Positions 1 through 9,921 of a stretch of DNA of 64,000 bases are shown here, piece after piece. The DNA is from Candidatus Bathyarchaeota archaeon (GTDB lineage Archaea > Thermoproteota > Bathyarchaeia > 40CM-2-53-6): NCBI GenBank assembly GCA_963706285.1, contig CAVPLU010000010.1, positions 64,001-128,000 of the forward strand. Direction: 5' to 3'. The notes under the pieces were generated by a model. That model saw only the letters and a list, made by a program, of their open reading frames with translations, was not told the DNA's origin and searched no databases. The first letter of the stretch is position 1. Every line of letters starts with the position of its first letter. The position numbers and the translations under genes were made by a program.

Positions 1-666
1 GCCAGGGCTCTTGCAACAGACCCTGAGGTTCTCCTTCTCGACGAGCCCTTGGCTGCGCTGGATAGCAGAAGAAGAGCGAGTCTACGGACGGATTTCAAGA
101 ACATTCTAAGGACTCTTCGAGTAACCTCGATTTATGTTACTCACGACTTGGCTGAGGCATGTACGGTTTCTGATAGGATAGCAGTCATGGGATCCGGTAG
201 GATCGAGCAGGTGGGTCATCTTGATCATATTCTTGAGAAGCCAAATTCGAGCTATGTCGCCGAGTTTCTCGGTTTGAATGTCTACAGCGGGAAAGTTGAC
301 AGTATCTCAGGATGCCATGCAGAGATCGCAATCAACGGGACCATGATCTCAGCTGGTTCAGTTCCGAACCTGCAAGAAGGGCTTGTGTTGGTCACGCTCA
401 GGCCAGAAGACGTGATCTTGTCATCTGAACCAACTAGCGACAATCCGAAGTGGTGCAAGTGCAAATACAATAGCCTCGTCGGAACGATAGTTGAGATCAT
501 CCGAATGAAATCCAACGCCAAAGTGACTGTGGACGTGGGCTTCTCGATTGAGTCCGAGCTGACGTTGAGCTCCTTTGAGGAATTGAGCTTAGAGACTGGG
601 AGAAAAGTGCATGTGCATTTCAAAGCGGACTCAGTGGGCATCTCCCAAGGTGCAAACCAATGTTAA
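1..666 (+). CDS. ABC transporter ATP-binding subunit with C-terminal TOBE domain (molybdate/tungstate WtpC/ModC-like), 5' truncated by window edge
   Basis: Frame from base 1 reads ARALATDPEVLLLDEPLAALD (Walker B/D-loop), has the YVTHD H-loop and a TOBE-like C-terminus; directly upstream of moa genes. Confidence 0.85.
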   Translation, partial: ARALATDPEVLLLDEPLAALDSRRRASLRTDFKNILRTLRVTSIYVTHDLAEACTVSDRIAVMGSGRIEQVGHLDHILEKPNSSYVAEFLGLNVYSGKVDSISGCHAEIAINGTMISAGSVPNLQEGLVLVTLRPEDVILSSEPTSDNPKWCKCKYNSLVGTIVEIIRMKSNAKVTVDVGFSIESELTLSSFEELSLETGRKVHVHFKADSVGISQGANQC

Positions 667-809
667 CCAAACTCCAGTGTAACCGCAGTCTCTTTTCGAT
701 AGGTGGAGTAGCTGCGCGGACGCAATGTGCACATGCCAGCCGACATTATCTTGCAGCGATGTTCGCACCAGATAGCATCCAGATATCGGACACTCTGGAG
801 GGTTAGAGA

Positions 810-1844
810 GTGGACGGACCTCAAGCCATCGATGAGGAACGCGCTATCTACGACAGATACCACCGTCCAATAGTCTGCCTAAGGATATCCGTCACAAGCG
901 AGTGCAGTCTCCGATGCTTCTATTGCCACAAGGAAAACCAGGAACCACAGAAGAGACACCTGACAATTGAAGAGATCGGACTAATCTGCAGAGCCGCCAG
1001 CGGAATCGGAATAAGAAAGGTGAAGATCACTGGCGGAGAGCCATTACTTCGACATGACATCGACAAGGTTGTCCTTGCAATCAGTTCGACCCCAGGCATC
1101 GAAGAAGTGTCGATGACGACCAACGGCATCTTGATGGCGCCTAGAGCAGCTGACCTCGTTAGAGCGGGCTTGAAGAGGGCGAACATAAGCCTCCCATCAA
1201 TCAACCCCCAAACCTACCAGAAAGTGACTGGGACCGCGCAACAGGACGAACTACTGGGAAACTTGAACAAAGTCTTGGGCGGCATTGACGCGGCAGTCGC
1301 GGCCGGACTCTCGCCGGTCAAGATCAACATGGTCGTTCTGAGAGGACTCAACCATCACGAAATACCCAAAATGATCGAGTTTGTTCAAGAGAAGGGAGCC
1401 ATCCTACAACTGATTGAGCTTCAGAACTTAGGCATCGATCGCGATCTCTACAACAGATACCACGACAACCTACAATCAACTGAGAAGTGGTTGACCGAAC
1501 GCGCAAGCAAGATAGAGACAAGACATCACTCGCAAAATCGCAAGAGATACACGATATCTGGGACCGAGGTAGAGGTCGTTCGGCCAATGGATAATGAGAG
1601 CTTCTGCGCCGCTTGCACCAAGATCAGAGTCTCGGCGGATGGCGAAATAAGGCCCTGCCTTATGAGGACAGATAACAGCGTCCGAATACCGACCGAAGTT
1701 CTAGCGACTCGAAGCGAGGAAGCTATCCGACAACTCTTCGAAGAAGCTATCAAACGCAGAGAGCCCTTCTTTGTTTCCTCGAAGATGAAGCCACATCCGA
1801 TGAGAAGCGACAATCACGTCACAATTCCAGGTGCTCCAAAATAA
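810..1844 (+). CDS. moaA: GTP 3',8-cyclase (radical SAM)
   Basis: LRISVTSECSLRCFYC radical SAM motif, ITGGEPLLR, C-terminal FCAACTKIRV..G.IRPCL cluster motif. Confidence 0.95.
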   Translation: MDGPQAIDEERAIYDRYHRPIVCLRISVTSECSLRCFYCHKENQEPQKRHLTIEEIGLICRAASGIGIRKVKITGGEPLLRHDIDKVVLAISSTPGIEEVSMTTNGILMAPRAADLVRAGLKRANISLPSINPQTYQKVTGTAQQDELLGNLNKVLGGIDAAVAAGLSPVKINMVVLRGLNHHEIPKMIEFVQEKGAILQLIELQNLGIDRDLYNRYHDNLQSTEKWLTERASKIETRHHSQNRKRYTISGTEVEVVRPMDNESFCAACTKIRVSADGEIRPCLMRTDNSVRIPTEVLATRSEEAIRQLFEEAIKRREPFFVSSKMKPHPMRSDNHVTIPGAPK

Positions 1845-1905
1845 TCCCTGGACACGTTAAGGAGAAAGTTGATTCGTATCACAGAATAGGATTGGAGAGG
1901 TCTTC

Positions 1906-2151
1906 GTGAAAGTAATGGTCAGGTACTTTGCAAGCATGCGCGATGCGACCGGTGTCAAAGAAGAGGAAATTGAACTGCCTGATGGAAGCACGATTGAAAC
2001 TCTCATCAAAGAGGCGAAGAAGCGTCACAGTATGCTGAAATTACAGAATAGGGCAATCATCGTCTCCGTCAACGGAGAGTTCGGCGAGGCAAGCAGGCAC
2101 CTAGAACCCACAGATGAAGTTGCCATGTTTCCACCGGTGAGCGGAGGATGA
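1906..2151 (+). CDS. moaD: MoaD/SAMP ubiquitin-like sulfur carrier
   Basis: 81 aa, V.VRYFA N-terminus, ends FPPVSGG; GGAG upstream. Confidence 0.93.
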   Translation: MKVMVRYFASMRDATGVKEEEIELPDGSTIETLIKEAKKRHSMLKLQNRAIIVSVNGEFGEASRHLEPTDEVAMFPPVSGG

Positions 2152-2155
2152 GACC

Positions 2156-2578
2156 TTGATTAAGATCACTCACAGCGACTTCAACGTCGACGAGGAAGTG
2201 CGACAGATGAAGGCATCCTCAGTCGGCGGCATCGTCACCTTCATTGGGACGGTACGAGGCGAGTCCGAGGGGGAAGCGATCGAACGCATGGAGATCGAAA
2301 TCTACCCGGAGATGGCGGAGAAGCAGCTTCGCACCATAAGAGACGAGGCAATCAAGAAGTTCAACGTCAATGATGTGAGGATCATTCACCGTTTCGGAGA
2401 CCTCCACTTGGGCGACAACATCGTGCTCATCGCCGTCTCGGCCGGGCATCGCGCCGAAGCCTTTGACGCATGCAGGTACGCCATAGATGAACTGAAGAAA
2501 CGAGTGCCGATATGGAAGCGAGAACACACTAGTACCGGTGAACGTTGGGTTGAGGTGGGCAAACATGAAGACAGTTGA
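2156..2578 (+). CDS. moaE: Molybdopterin synthase catalytic subunit
   Basis: [34 protein letters not shown] motifs. Confidence 0.95.
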   Translation: MIKITHSDFNVDEEVRQMKASSVGGIVTFIGTVRGESEGEAIERMEIEIYPEMAEKQLRTIRDEAIKKFNVNDVRIIHRFGDLHLGDNIVLIAVSAGHRAEAFDACRYAIDELKKRVPIWKREHTSTGERWVEVGKHEDS

Positions 2579-3014
2579 TCCGTTCGGAATGGTAGACATC
2601 TCGGGAAAAGATACAGTTCTTCGGAAAGCCGAAGCAGTCGGACGAATCATCCTCAAGAAAGAGACCATCGAGGCGATCAAGTCAGGTAACATCAAGAAAG
2701 GAGATCCCTTAGCCGCAGCTGAGATCGCCTGCATCCATGCAGTGAAGCAGACCCCCGATCTGATTCCGATGTGTCACAACATACCTATCGGCAGTGTGGA
2801 CGCGGACTTCACCATCGGTGTCGACTGGGTGGAAGCGAGATGCAGAGTCACAGCCACATACAAGACAGGAGTCGAAATGGAAGCTCTCACTGGCGTCTCA
2901 GTTGCCTTACTTACCATCTGGGATATGGTGAAGTATCTGGAGAAGAACGAGAACGGGCAGTACCCTTCCACGAAAATCGTGGATATCAGAGTCACGGAGA
3001 AAATGAAGAAATGA
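2565..3014 (+). CDS. moaC: Cyclic pyranopterin monophosphate synthase
   Basis: [26 protein letters not shown]; ATG at 2565 preceded by GAGGTG. Confidence 0.95.
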   Translation: MKTVDPFGMVDISGKDTVLRKAEAVGRIILKKETIEAIKSGNIKKGDPLAAAEIACIHAVKQTPDLIPMCHNIPIGSVDADFTIGVDWVEARCRVTATYKTGVEMEALTGVSVALLTIWDMVKYLEKNENGQYPSTKIVDIRVTEKMKK

Positions 3015-3511
3015 GCAAGCATGACCTGAACCGGAAAACGAAAGCAGCCTTCGCCCTCGTTATTACAAGCGACGAACGCAACACTGAAGATGACGAGACG
3101 GGCATCGCGGCTAAGAAGTTGATCGAAGCCGAAGGCCACAAGGTAACCAGCCACACAATAGTCCCCAACGACGCCGAGAGAATCAGAGCGAATGTGGAGA
3201 AGCATCTAGATGACCCTACCACCCAAGTCATTATCACAAGCGGTGGCACTGGAATCGGCTCCAAGGACAAGACCGTTGACGCATTAAGGCAACTGCTGGA
3301 AAAAGATCTCCCAGGTTTCGGAGAGCTCTTCAGGCGTCTCAGCTACAAAGACGTCGGCCCCGCCTCGGCCCTAAGCCGCAGCACTGCCGGCATCGCGAAA
3401 GGAAAAATCATATTCTGTCTTCCAGGTTCCAAGAACGCTGTCAAGCTTGCATTAAGCAAGATCATCCTTCCCAGCATTGGCCATATGCTGTGGGAGCTGA
3501 AGAGACAATGA
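3011..3511 (+). CDS. moaB: Molybdopterin adenylyltransferase MoaB/MogA
   Basis: [30 protein letters not shown]; ATG at 3011 overlaps the moaC stop. Confidence 0.92.
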   Translation: MSKHDLNRKTKAAFALVITSDERNTEDDETGIAAKKLIEAEGHKVTSHTIVPNDAERIRANVEKHLDDPTTQVIITSGGTGIGSKDKTVDALRQLLEKDLPGFGELFRRLSYKDVGPASALSRSTAGIAKGKIIFCLPGSKNAVKLALSKIILPSIGHMLWELKRQ

Positions 3512-4724
3512 CGATGAAACCTTTCGAAAAACTAGTGTCTCGGATTGATGCCGAACGCATCATCGACGCAAATGTGAAACGTATCAGCAGAATGGAGGAT
3601 GTGCCGCTGGAAGAAGCAGCGGGAAGGGTGCTCGCAGCCAACGTCACCGCCGAAATCAACGTACCTCCCTTCAGAAGAGCTATCGATGGACGGCTACGCG
3701 GTGAAGGCCAAGGACACAGTGGATGCTTCCGAATCAAAACCGAGGAGACTCAGGCTGATCGGAGCAAGGCACGCAGGGGAATCTAGCGACATCAACGTCC
3801 GCGACGATGAGTGTGTCGAGATAGCTACAGGGAGCCCTTTGCCGAAAGGAACTGACGCCGTCGTGATGGTCGAGTACACCAAACTGTCTGGAAACACTGT
3901 TGAGATAATGTGTGAAGCAGAGCTCGGAGAAAACGTTGCCGACGAAGGCGAGGATATCAAGAGCGGCGAGATTGTCGCTAAGGCTGGCGAAGTTATAACG
4001 CCTGGCAAGCTCGGGGCTGCGGCCGCATTAGGGCTTGCCACTCTCAAGGTATACGCTAAACCTCGGGTCGCCATCTATAGCACAGGTAACGAGATTGTCC
4101 CGCAAGGCGGAACTGCCAAACCGGGGCAAATATACGACATCAACAGCTGCACGCTGACCAGCATCGTGCAGATGAGTGGCTGCATACCCGTAAGGAAGGA
4201 GCTTGTTGGCGATGATCCTCAGGAGGCTTCTGGCGGCCGTGAAAGATGTCGCCGCTTGCGATATTGCAGTTTTCAGCGGCGGAAGTAGCGTCGGGAGCAA
4301 GGATCTCCTCGCTGCAACTGTTGAGGAGGTCGGTGTGGTACACTTTCATGGCCTTCGGGTTAAACCTGGTAAACCAACCCTCTTTGGGACTGTGCAGGGA
4401 AAACCGGTTTTCGGAATGCCAGGGAATCCTACAAGCTGTCTGACCAATGCCTACGTATTCCTGATTCCAGTCCTTAGGAAGATAGCTGGATTGCCTTCGG
4501 TCGAGATGAGAAGAGTAAGAGCAACCCTGAGCGGCGCCATCAATTCAGATGGCAAGCGCGAAGTGTTCTATCCTGTGAGAGTTGAGGGGGAAAGTGCCGT
4601 TCCGGTTTTTCGGCAGGGTAGCAATATCACAAGCATGAGTCATGCCAATGGGCTCGTCATCATTCCCATCGGGACGAAGAGGATCGAGAAGGGCGTCGAG
4701 GTAGAGGTCAAACTACTCCCGTGA
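3508..4724 (+). CDS. moeA: Molybdopterin molybdotransferase, split over three frames by two single-base insertions (~3682, ~4225)
   Basis: PPFRRA / MDGYAV, IATG.PLP.G.DAVVMVE, STGNE, SGGSSVG..D, KPGKP, GMPGNP occur in order across ORFs 3490, 3599 and 4203. Confidence 0.9.
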
Positions 4725-4883
4725 ATCGTTTCCTCATGCAACAACTCAAGTTCTGCCACTTCGTATCACACGATTGGTCTGGAATGACAAAGATGTGTGC
4801 TGGCATGGCGTCGAAAAACTGTCATACCGCAGAAAGCCACAGTAACAATCTTGAATTCATTTACCGCGAGGAGTTGTGCTGGG

Positions 4884-5060
4884 TCATTCCGATACTGTCA
4901 CTTCTGCTGCCTTAGCAGTGAACCCGCACTCTCTATGAGTCCCGTCACAGTATGGCATGGTCTTGGATTGACCACATCTACAAAGAGCTGTAATTTTCTT
5001 GTCATCAACCCAGATCTTGTTAGGTCCGTTTTCTGAGCTCTTGACAACTACCTTTACCAT
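4884..5060 (-). CDS. CDGSH iron-sulfur domain protein, 58 aa (not in ORF track)
   Basis: Hand translation MVKVVVKSSENGPNKIWVDDKKITALCRCGQSKTMPYCDGTHRECGFTAKAAEVTVSE matches C-x-C-x2-S-x3-P-x-C-D-G-T-H. Confidence 0.9.
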   Translation of the reverse strand: MVKVVVKSSENGPNKIWVDDKKITALCRCGQSKTMPYCDGTHRECGFTAKAAEVTVSE

Positions 5061-5163
5061 GACCTATCAAGGCCCAAGGATGAGCTAATGTCACCCAAAA
5101 ACACTGCTCTCTATCCCACGGAACGTCCCGTAGGGACCTTACTCTGAATCACACGCATGTTTG

Positions 5164-5397
5164 TCAATCCGTGCCCAGTATGACGTTGGATGCCTTGATG
5201 ATGGCGTAGGCCTCTTTGCCTTCCTTCAATCCCAAGTTCTGAGCTGCGGTCTTGGTAATGATTGAGACAATCTCAGTTCCGCCGGGTAGCTGCAGGACGA
5301 CTTCAGAATTCACGGAGCCATGTTCAACGCTTTTCACTTTGCCCTTCAAGACATTCCTTGCACTAATTTTCACTATCTTCACCTCACAACCAAGCAT
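5164..5397 (-). CDS. Molbindin Mop / single TOBE-domain molybdate-binding protein
   Basis: KISARNVLKGKV, SIIT, LGL..G, AIIKASNV. Confidence 0.9.
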   Translation of the reverse strand: MLGCEVKIVKISARNVLKGKVKSVEHGSVNSEVVLQLPGGTEIVSIITKTAAQNLGLKEGKEAYAIIKASNVILGTD

Positions 5398-5589
5398 GTT
5401 TCAAATGAGTCAGTCAAAGACAGGCCTGACTCACGAGTTTAGCAGTAGCTTCAACTCTTTAACTATTGGTTGATGATCTCTAGGAAAAGAGGTACCTAGC
5501 TACTTCCAATGATTGGGGGTTCACAGGTCTGGCTCCTTATCTGCTCGCCATTTTCTCTCTTTATTTGTGTTTGTCTTTCGACGCGCGAT

Positions 5590-7200
5590 TCACGTCTTGA
5601 ATCTCCGCTTATTCTTCCGTTTGGCTGATCCGGAACCAAGAGCCACTCTCTGCTTTCTATCCTCCATCCACAAGAAATACTGGTAGCCGTCGACGAGGGC
5701 TCTGAGGCTCGCGTCGAGGATGTTGGTTGAGACAGCGGCTGCTGTCCAGTCAGTTTGGGTGTTACTGTAGTCGATGTGGACAGCAACTTTTGCTGCTGTT
5801 GCGCTTTCAGGGTCAAGTTCTCTGACCCGATATGCAGTCAGTCTCATCTTCGAGATCTCGGGGCATCTAGACGACAAGGCTTTCCTGAGTGCAAGGTCGA
5901 AAGCGTTGACGGGGCCATTTCCCACTGCTGATCTCTCAACTGTGTGTCCTCTCACGTTGAGTTTGATTGTGCATCTAGCGGTTGATGCTTTGCCTCGTTC
6001 TGATATGTCGGCCTTCCACGAGACAAGCTTGAAGGAGTTTCCAAGCTCGCGCAACTTCTGGGCGAAGACTAGGGACAAGGTTGCGTTTGCTACTTCGAGC
6101 GCCACACCTTGGGCTTCCAGCTTCTTCACCGTGTTGAGGATGGCGGAGACTCTTGGATCATTCCTTTCGAGGTTGAAGCCGAGTTTTCTTCCTGCTTGTA
6201 CGACACTGGCTCTTCCTGCCTGTGCTGATACGGTGATGTCTCTCTGATTTCCAAAGATGGCGGGATCTACGTGCTCATACGCTTCAGACGTTTTCGCTAC
6301 GGCATCTCCATGAAGGCCAGCTTTGTGAGTGAAGGCGTGTGCGCCGACGAAGGGTTTCTGGGGGTTCTCTCGCACGTTAGTAACCTCATAGACGAAGCGT
6401 GATAGCCCCCTCAGTCCGGCTGTGCTGATTCCTGTCCGGACACCTAGCAGCTCGAGGTTTCCAACAACCTCTATCAAGTCTGCGTTGCCGCATCGTTCGC
6501 CTATCCCGTTGACGGTCACCTGAACTTGCGTCGCTCCAGCCATCACCGAGGCTATGGTATTTGCAGTTGCTAATCCTCGATCGTTGTGGGCGTGTATCCC
6601 AATCGGCTTGTCTAGTCGCTCCACTGCTGCCTGAGTCATTCGAGAGATTTCGTGAGGATACGCGGAACCTCGCGTATCGCAAAGCACAATTTCTTCAGCT
6701 CCGGCGTTTGCAGCAACTTCGATAGTGGAGAATGCGTAATCTTCGTCCTCCTTGACTGCGTCAAAGAAGTGCTCAGCGTCGTAGATGACTCTGCGACCCT
6801 GTTTGGAGAGAAAGTTGATGGAGTCACGGATCATCTCCAGATTCTCGCCCAGAGATGTCTGTAAGACATTCTTCACGTGAAAGACTGAAGACTTGCCAAC
6901 GAGCGTGACTATTGGTGTCCCGCAGTCCACGAGGTTCTTCAAGTTGGAATCGTTTGAGGCTTCAATTGCAGGTCGACGCGTCATTCCAAAGGCGATGATG
7001 TTTGCCTGTAATCTCTCTTTCATTACTTTGCGAAAGAACTCGTTCTCCGCTCGATTTCGTGGATTAGGCCACCCTCCCTCTACGTATTGAACACCCAATG
7101 TGCTCAGGTATCTGGCGATCCTCAACTTCTGAGGTACCGTCAGGCTTACTGCGACAGACTGGTTGCCGTCTCTAAGGGTCGTATCGTAGACTCTAACGAA
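5590..7200 (-). CDS. cimA: Citramalate synthase (LeuA/CimA family); exact start unresolved
   Basis: Open frame upstream of the track start gives VRVYDTTLRDGNQ; EGGWP, DAEHFFD, HAHND, GIGERCGNA, HKAGLH, GNGPVNA.D.ALR regulatory domain. Confidence 0.85.
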   Translation of the reverse strand, partial: FVRVYDTTLRDGNQSVAVSLTVPQKLRIARYLSTLGVQYVEGGWPNPRNRAENEFFRKVMKERLQANIIAFGMTRRPAIEASNDSNLKNLVDCGTPIVTLVGKSSVFHVKNVLQTSLGENLEMIRDSINFLSKQGRRVIYDAEHFFDAVKEDEDYAFSTIEVAANAGAEEIVLCDTRGSAYPHEISRMTQAAVERLDKPIGIHAHNDRGLATANTIASVMAGATQVQVTVNGIGERCGNADLIEVVGNLELLGVRTGISTAGLRGLSRFVYEVTNVRENPQKPFVGAHAFTHKAGLHGDAVAKTSEAYEHVDPAIFGNQRDITVSAQAGRASVVQAGRKLGFNLERNDPRVSAILNTVKKLEAQGVALEVANATLSLVFAQKLRELGNSFKLVSWKADISERGKASTARCTIKLNVRGHTVERSAVGNGPVNAFDLALRKALSSRCPEISKMRLTAYRVRELDPESATAAKVAVHIDYSNTQTDWTAAAVSTNILDASLRALVDGYQYFLWMEDRKQRVALGSGSAKRKNKRRFKT

Positions 7201-7524
7201 GCTGGGGTGCTTAGTCTGGTCTGTGTTCTGGGGTGGGGAAACAAGATGCGGCGATAAAGCGATCCCTCAATTTCATTGTCTCTCCCGTAGGCGTGACGCG
7301 GCCGCGATTAAAGCCTTGCTTAGGAAGCTGATCGTAACGCCATTCTGCGGAAATATCCGAGTAAGCCCCAAGAAACCTGCGTCGCCACTGCCCTCCCACG
7401 AACATCAGGCCGAATTTCCGTACCGGTCCTCTGGATCCGATTCGCCTGACCTCTCTCAACAATCTCGTGGCATAACCAACTGACTCTCAGAGTTTGTTGG
7501 ATTTCATGTGAAGATGCGGATTTT

Positions 7525-7959
7525 TCAGATGAAACCTGCCATTTGCACATACAATGAAATGCCGAGAGCGATATTGCCTAGCCACAACGCAAGCAGTAGC
7601 CGCATCCAGCCATTCATATTCATTGGAGAATTGTTAGTGAAGAACAGCCATCCGAGAGATACGACCATTATTGCGACGAGTCCCCCTAGTGCCGCGTGTG
7701 GCAAACTCGTGACTGCCCACATGCTCGCAAAGTCGGGCTCATTGAGAATGAAATCCAACAGCGCCGGTGCCATCACGGACATAAGTCCGGCGACATTAAG
7801 AAGGCTAGCAGCTCCCATGATTGACCAGTGTTTCCAGACACTGCCGGACGTTCTTTTCCTTGCGTACTTGACACCCACGAGAAGGATGCCCAGTATGCTC
7901 AGCTGAAGCAGAAGATTGAGATCGCATCCGAGGTCAGCAGCTGTTCCGAGAATTGCCAC
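7525..7959 (-). CDS. Small 4-TM membrane protein (DUF420-like)
   Basis: Four hydrophobic segments, His residues in KHWSIM and LPHAALG; GGAGG upstream. Confidence 0.6.
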   Translation of the reverse strand: MAILGTAADLGCDLNLLLQLSILGILLVGVKYARKRTSGSVWKHWSIMGAASLLNVAGLMSVMAPALLDFILNEPDFASMWAVTSLPHAALGGLVAIMVVSLGWLFFTNNSPMNMNGWMRLLLALWLGNIALGISLYVQMAGFI

Positions 7960-8142
7960 AGTAGGAGCCTCCTAGTACCCAATTGGAACATTCATGTGGA
8001 TAGATAAGCCCCGCGGAGAGGACTCGTCGGAACTTCAACGCATTTGTCAGCAAACGAGGCGGACTTGTCTGTACGCGAGCGTCTTGGTCAGACGCAATCT
8101 TACTGTGAGAATTCAAATCCGAGTGACGGATCGATATTCTTC

Positions 8143-9324
8143 TTAAAGCACCGAGAGGGCCTCATTCATGTCAGCAATCAGGTCTTCAATATCTTCAATT
8201 CCTGCTGAGTAACGGATCAAGCCTTCAGGGATTCCGGCCGCTCGTCGCTCTTCCTCTGTGCACTCAACATGGCTTGTCAGTGAAGGTGGCCCAACGACTG
8301 TATCGACCTGACCCAGGTTGGCAGCCATGTAGGCGTACTTCAGACGGGGTAAGACGCGGCTAACGGCCTCCAAGCCACCAACAATCTCGAAACTGAGGAC
8401 TCCACCGTAACCGCCGGGCATCTGTTTCTTGGCAACATTGTGCATGGGATGACTTTCGAGGCCTGGATAATTCACTTTCAGAACTTTCGCGTGCTTTTCC
8501 AAGAACCGGGCCATGGCTAAGGCGTTTTCATTCTGGCGCTCAACGCGCAAAGCTAGAGTCTTCAAGCTGCGAAGGAGTAGGCTTGCTCTGTGAGCATCGA
8601 GGGATGGACCGACAAGCTCCCGGTAGCGATAGATCTTGTTCACAAGTTCAGACTTGCCGCACACGACTCCGGCTAGGAGGTCATTGTGTCCACCGATGAA
8701 TTTCGTGGCACTGTGAACGACAAGGTCTGCTCCCAGATCAATTGGATGCTGGTTGATGGATGTTCCGAAAGTGTTGTCAGCGATCGTAATGGCACCCTGC
8801 TTGTGAGCAGCACTGAACATCTTTTCCAAATCAACCACACGCAACAATGGATTGGTTGGAGTCTCTAGGAAGAGGACATCACAACCTTTGGCAATCGCCG
8901 CTAGGATCGATGCTTCATTATCGGTGTCGCAAAGTTCGCAGCGGATTCCAAAGCGAGGCAGAATCTCTGTGAAATGGAGGTATGTTGCTCCATAAGCGTC
9001 CTTGATGGTCACAGCGCGCTGGCCCGGGCTTAGGAGAGCAAATAGTGTTGCACTAATAGCTGCCATTCCGGTGGAGAAATCCGTTGCTGCCTCTGCGCCC
9101 TCAAGTGCGGCGATTTTCTCGTTGAAAGCTCGCACGGTGGGGTTGGAATTTCGGCTGTAGATGTCTCCGGGTTTTCTCCCTAACGCTACCTCTCGCCATG
9201 ATTCCAGATTCTCGTAGGCAAAGGCCGCGTTCTCCATGATCGGTATGTTCATGGTGTGTGTTGACGGGTCAATGGATCTACCATAATGGACGCAACGTGT
9301 TGATGGGCCTTCTTTGGGGAGCAT
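8143..9324 (-). CDS. Cys/Met metabolism PLP enzyme (cystathionine gamma-synthase / methionine gamma-lyase family)
   Basis: YSR.SNPT, FSTGMAAI, ETPTNP, DNTF, HSATKFIGGH, LIRYSAGIED. Confidence 0.92.
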   Translation of the reverse strand: MLPKEGPSTRCVHYGRSIDPSTHTMNIPIMENAAFAYENLESWREVALGRKPGDIYSRNSNPTVRAFNEKIAALEGAEAATDFSTGMAAISATLFALLSPGQRAVTIKDAYGATYLHFTEILPRFGIRCELCDTDNEASILAAIAKGCDVLFLETPTNPLLRVVDLEKMFSAAHKQGAITIADNTFGTSINQHPIDLGADLVVHSATKFIGGHNDLLAGVVCGKSELVNKIYRYRELVGPSLDAHRASLLLRSLKTLALRVERQNENALAMARFLEKHAKVLKVNYPGLESHPMHNVAKKQMPGGYGGVLSFEIVGGLEAVSRVLPRLKYAYMAANLGQVDTVVGPPSLTSHVECTEEERRAAGIPEGLIRYSAGIEDIEDLIADMNEALSVL

Positions 9325-9425
9325 GATGATCTCCTCGTTTAGGAAGACGGGAGATCATTTAAGACAATTTATCCTTCGGGCTGATGTCAGCTGTTTTTCT
9401 GTCTCTCGCCGTGGTCGAGCGGGGG

Positions 9426-9710
9426 TTACAGGCTTTCGATGGATCCCTTCAGCTGATTCGTGGGATACTTCAGTATGACGGCATCCTTGATGCTCTCTAT
9501 CAGCTGAGTAGAGACTCTACCTTTTGCGTGACGAATCACGATTATCTTACCGAGAAGATCTTTCGCCACTTCCTTCTCAAACTCAACAACAAAATGAGTC
9601 ACCTTCATTTGCGTCGGGTCAAACTCCAGATCCTTAACCTTACCCAGCATTATCATGTTCTTACTGTAGACCGTTTTGTCCTTGATATCGCTGGATAACA
9701 AGCTAGTCAC
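9426..9710 (-). CDS. PRC-barrel domain protein
   Basis: SSDIKDKTVY..LGKVKDLEFD..IESIKDAVILK pattern. Confidence 0.75.
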   Translation of the reverse strand: MTSLLSSDIKDKTVYSKNMIMLGKVKDLEFDPTQMKVTHFVVEFEKEVAKDLLGKIIVIRHAKGRVSTQLIESIKDAVILKYPTNQLKGSIESL

Positions 9711-9921
9711 GATCTTTGACTAGCCGCCTTCATTCATAAATCATGACCTCGAAGACGAGAAGAAACCCCCTCGCGTTCGTATTCCGCCCGATGCTATGCT
9801 CGACATGACGCGGTATTCAAATTGCAGACTGTGTAGGCAACTTTTTTATGCTGTGAACAGAGTCAGCAGGCCTATTCCTATCTCGAAGAGGCCTACTAGA
9901 TCGATGAGTTGCAGAACAAGC

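Noticed and set aside
3670-4230. Programmed frameshifting or true pseudogene status for moeA
   Set aside because: No slippery sequence or shared context; the same one-base-insertion pattern affects unrelated housekeeping genes, so sequence error is simpler
7211-7550. Overlapping 76-86 aa ORFs upstream of cimA
   Set aside because: No motifs, mutually overlapping, none clearly coding
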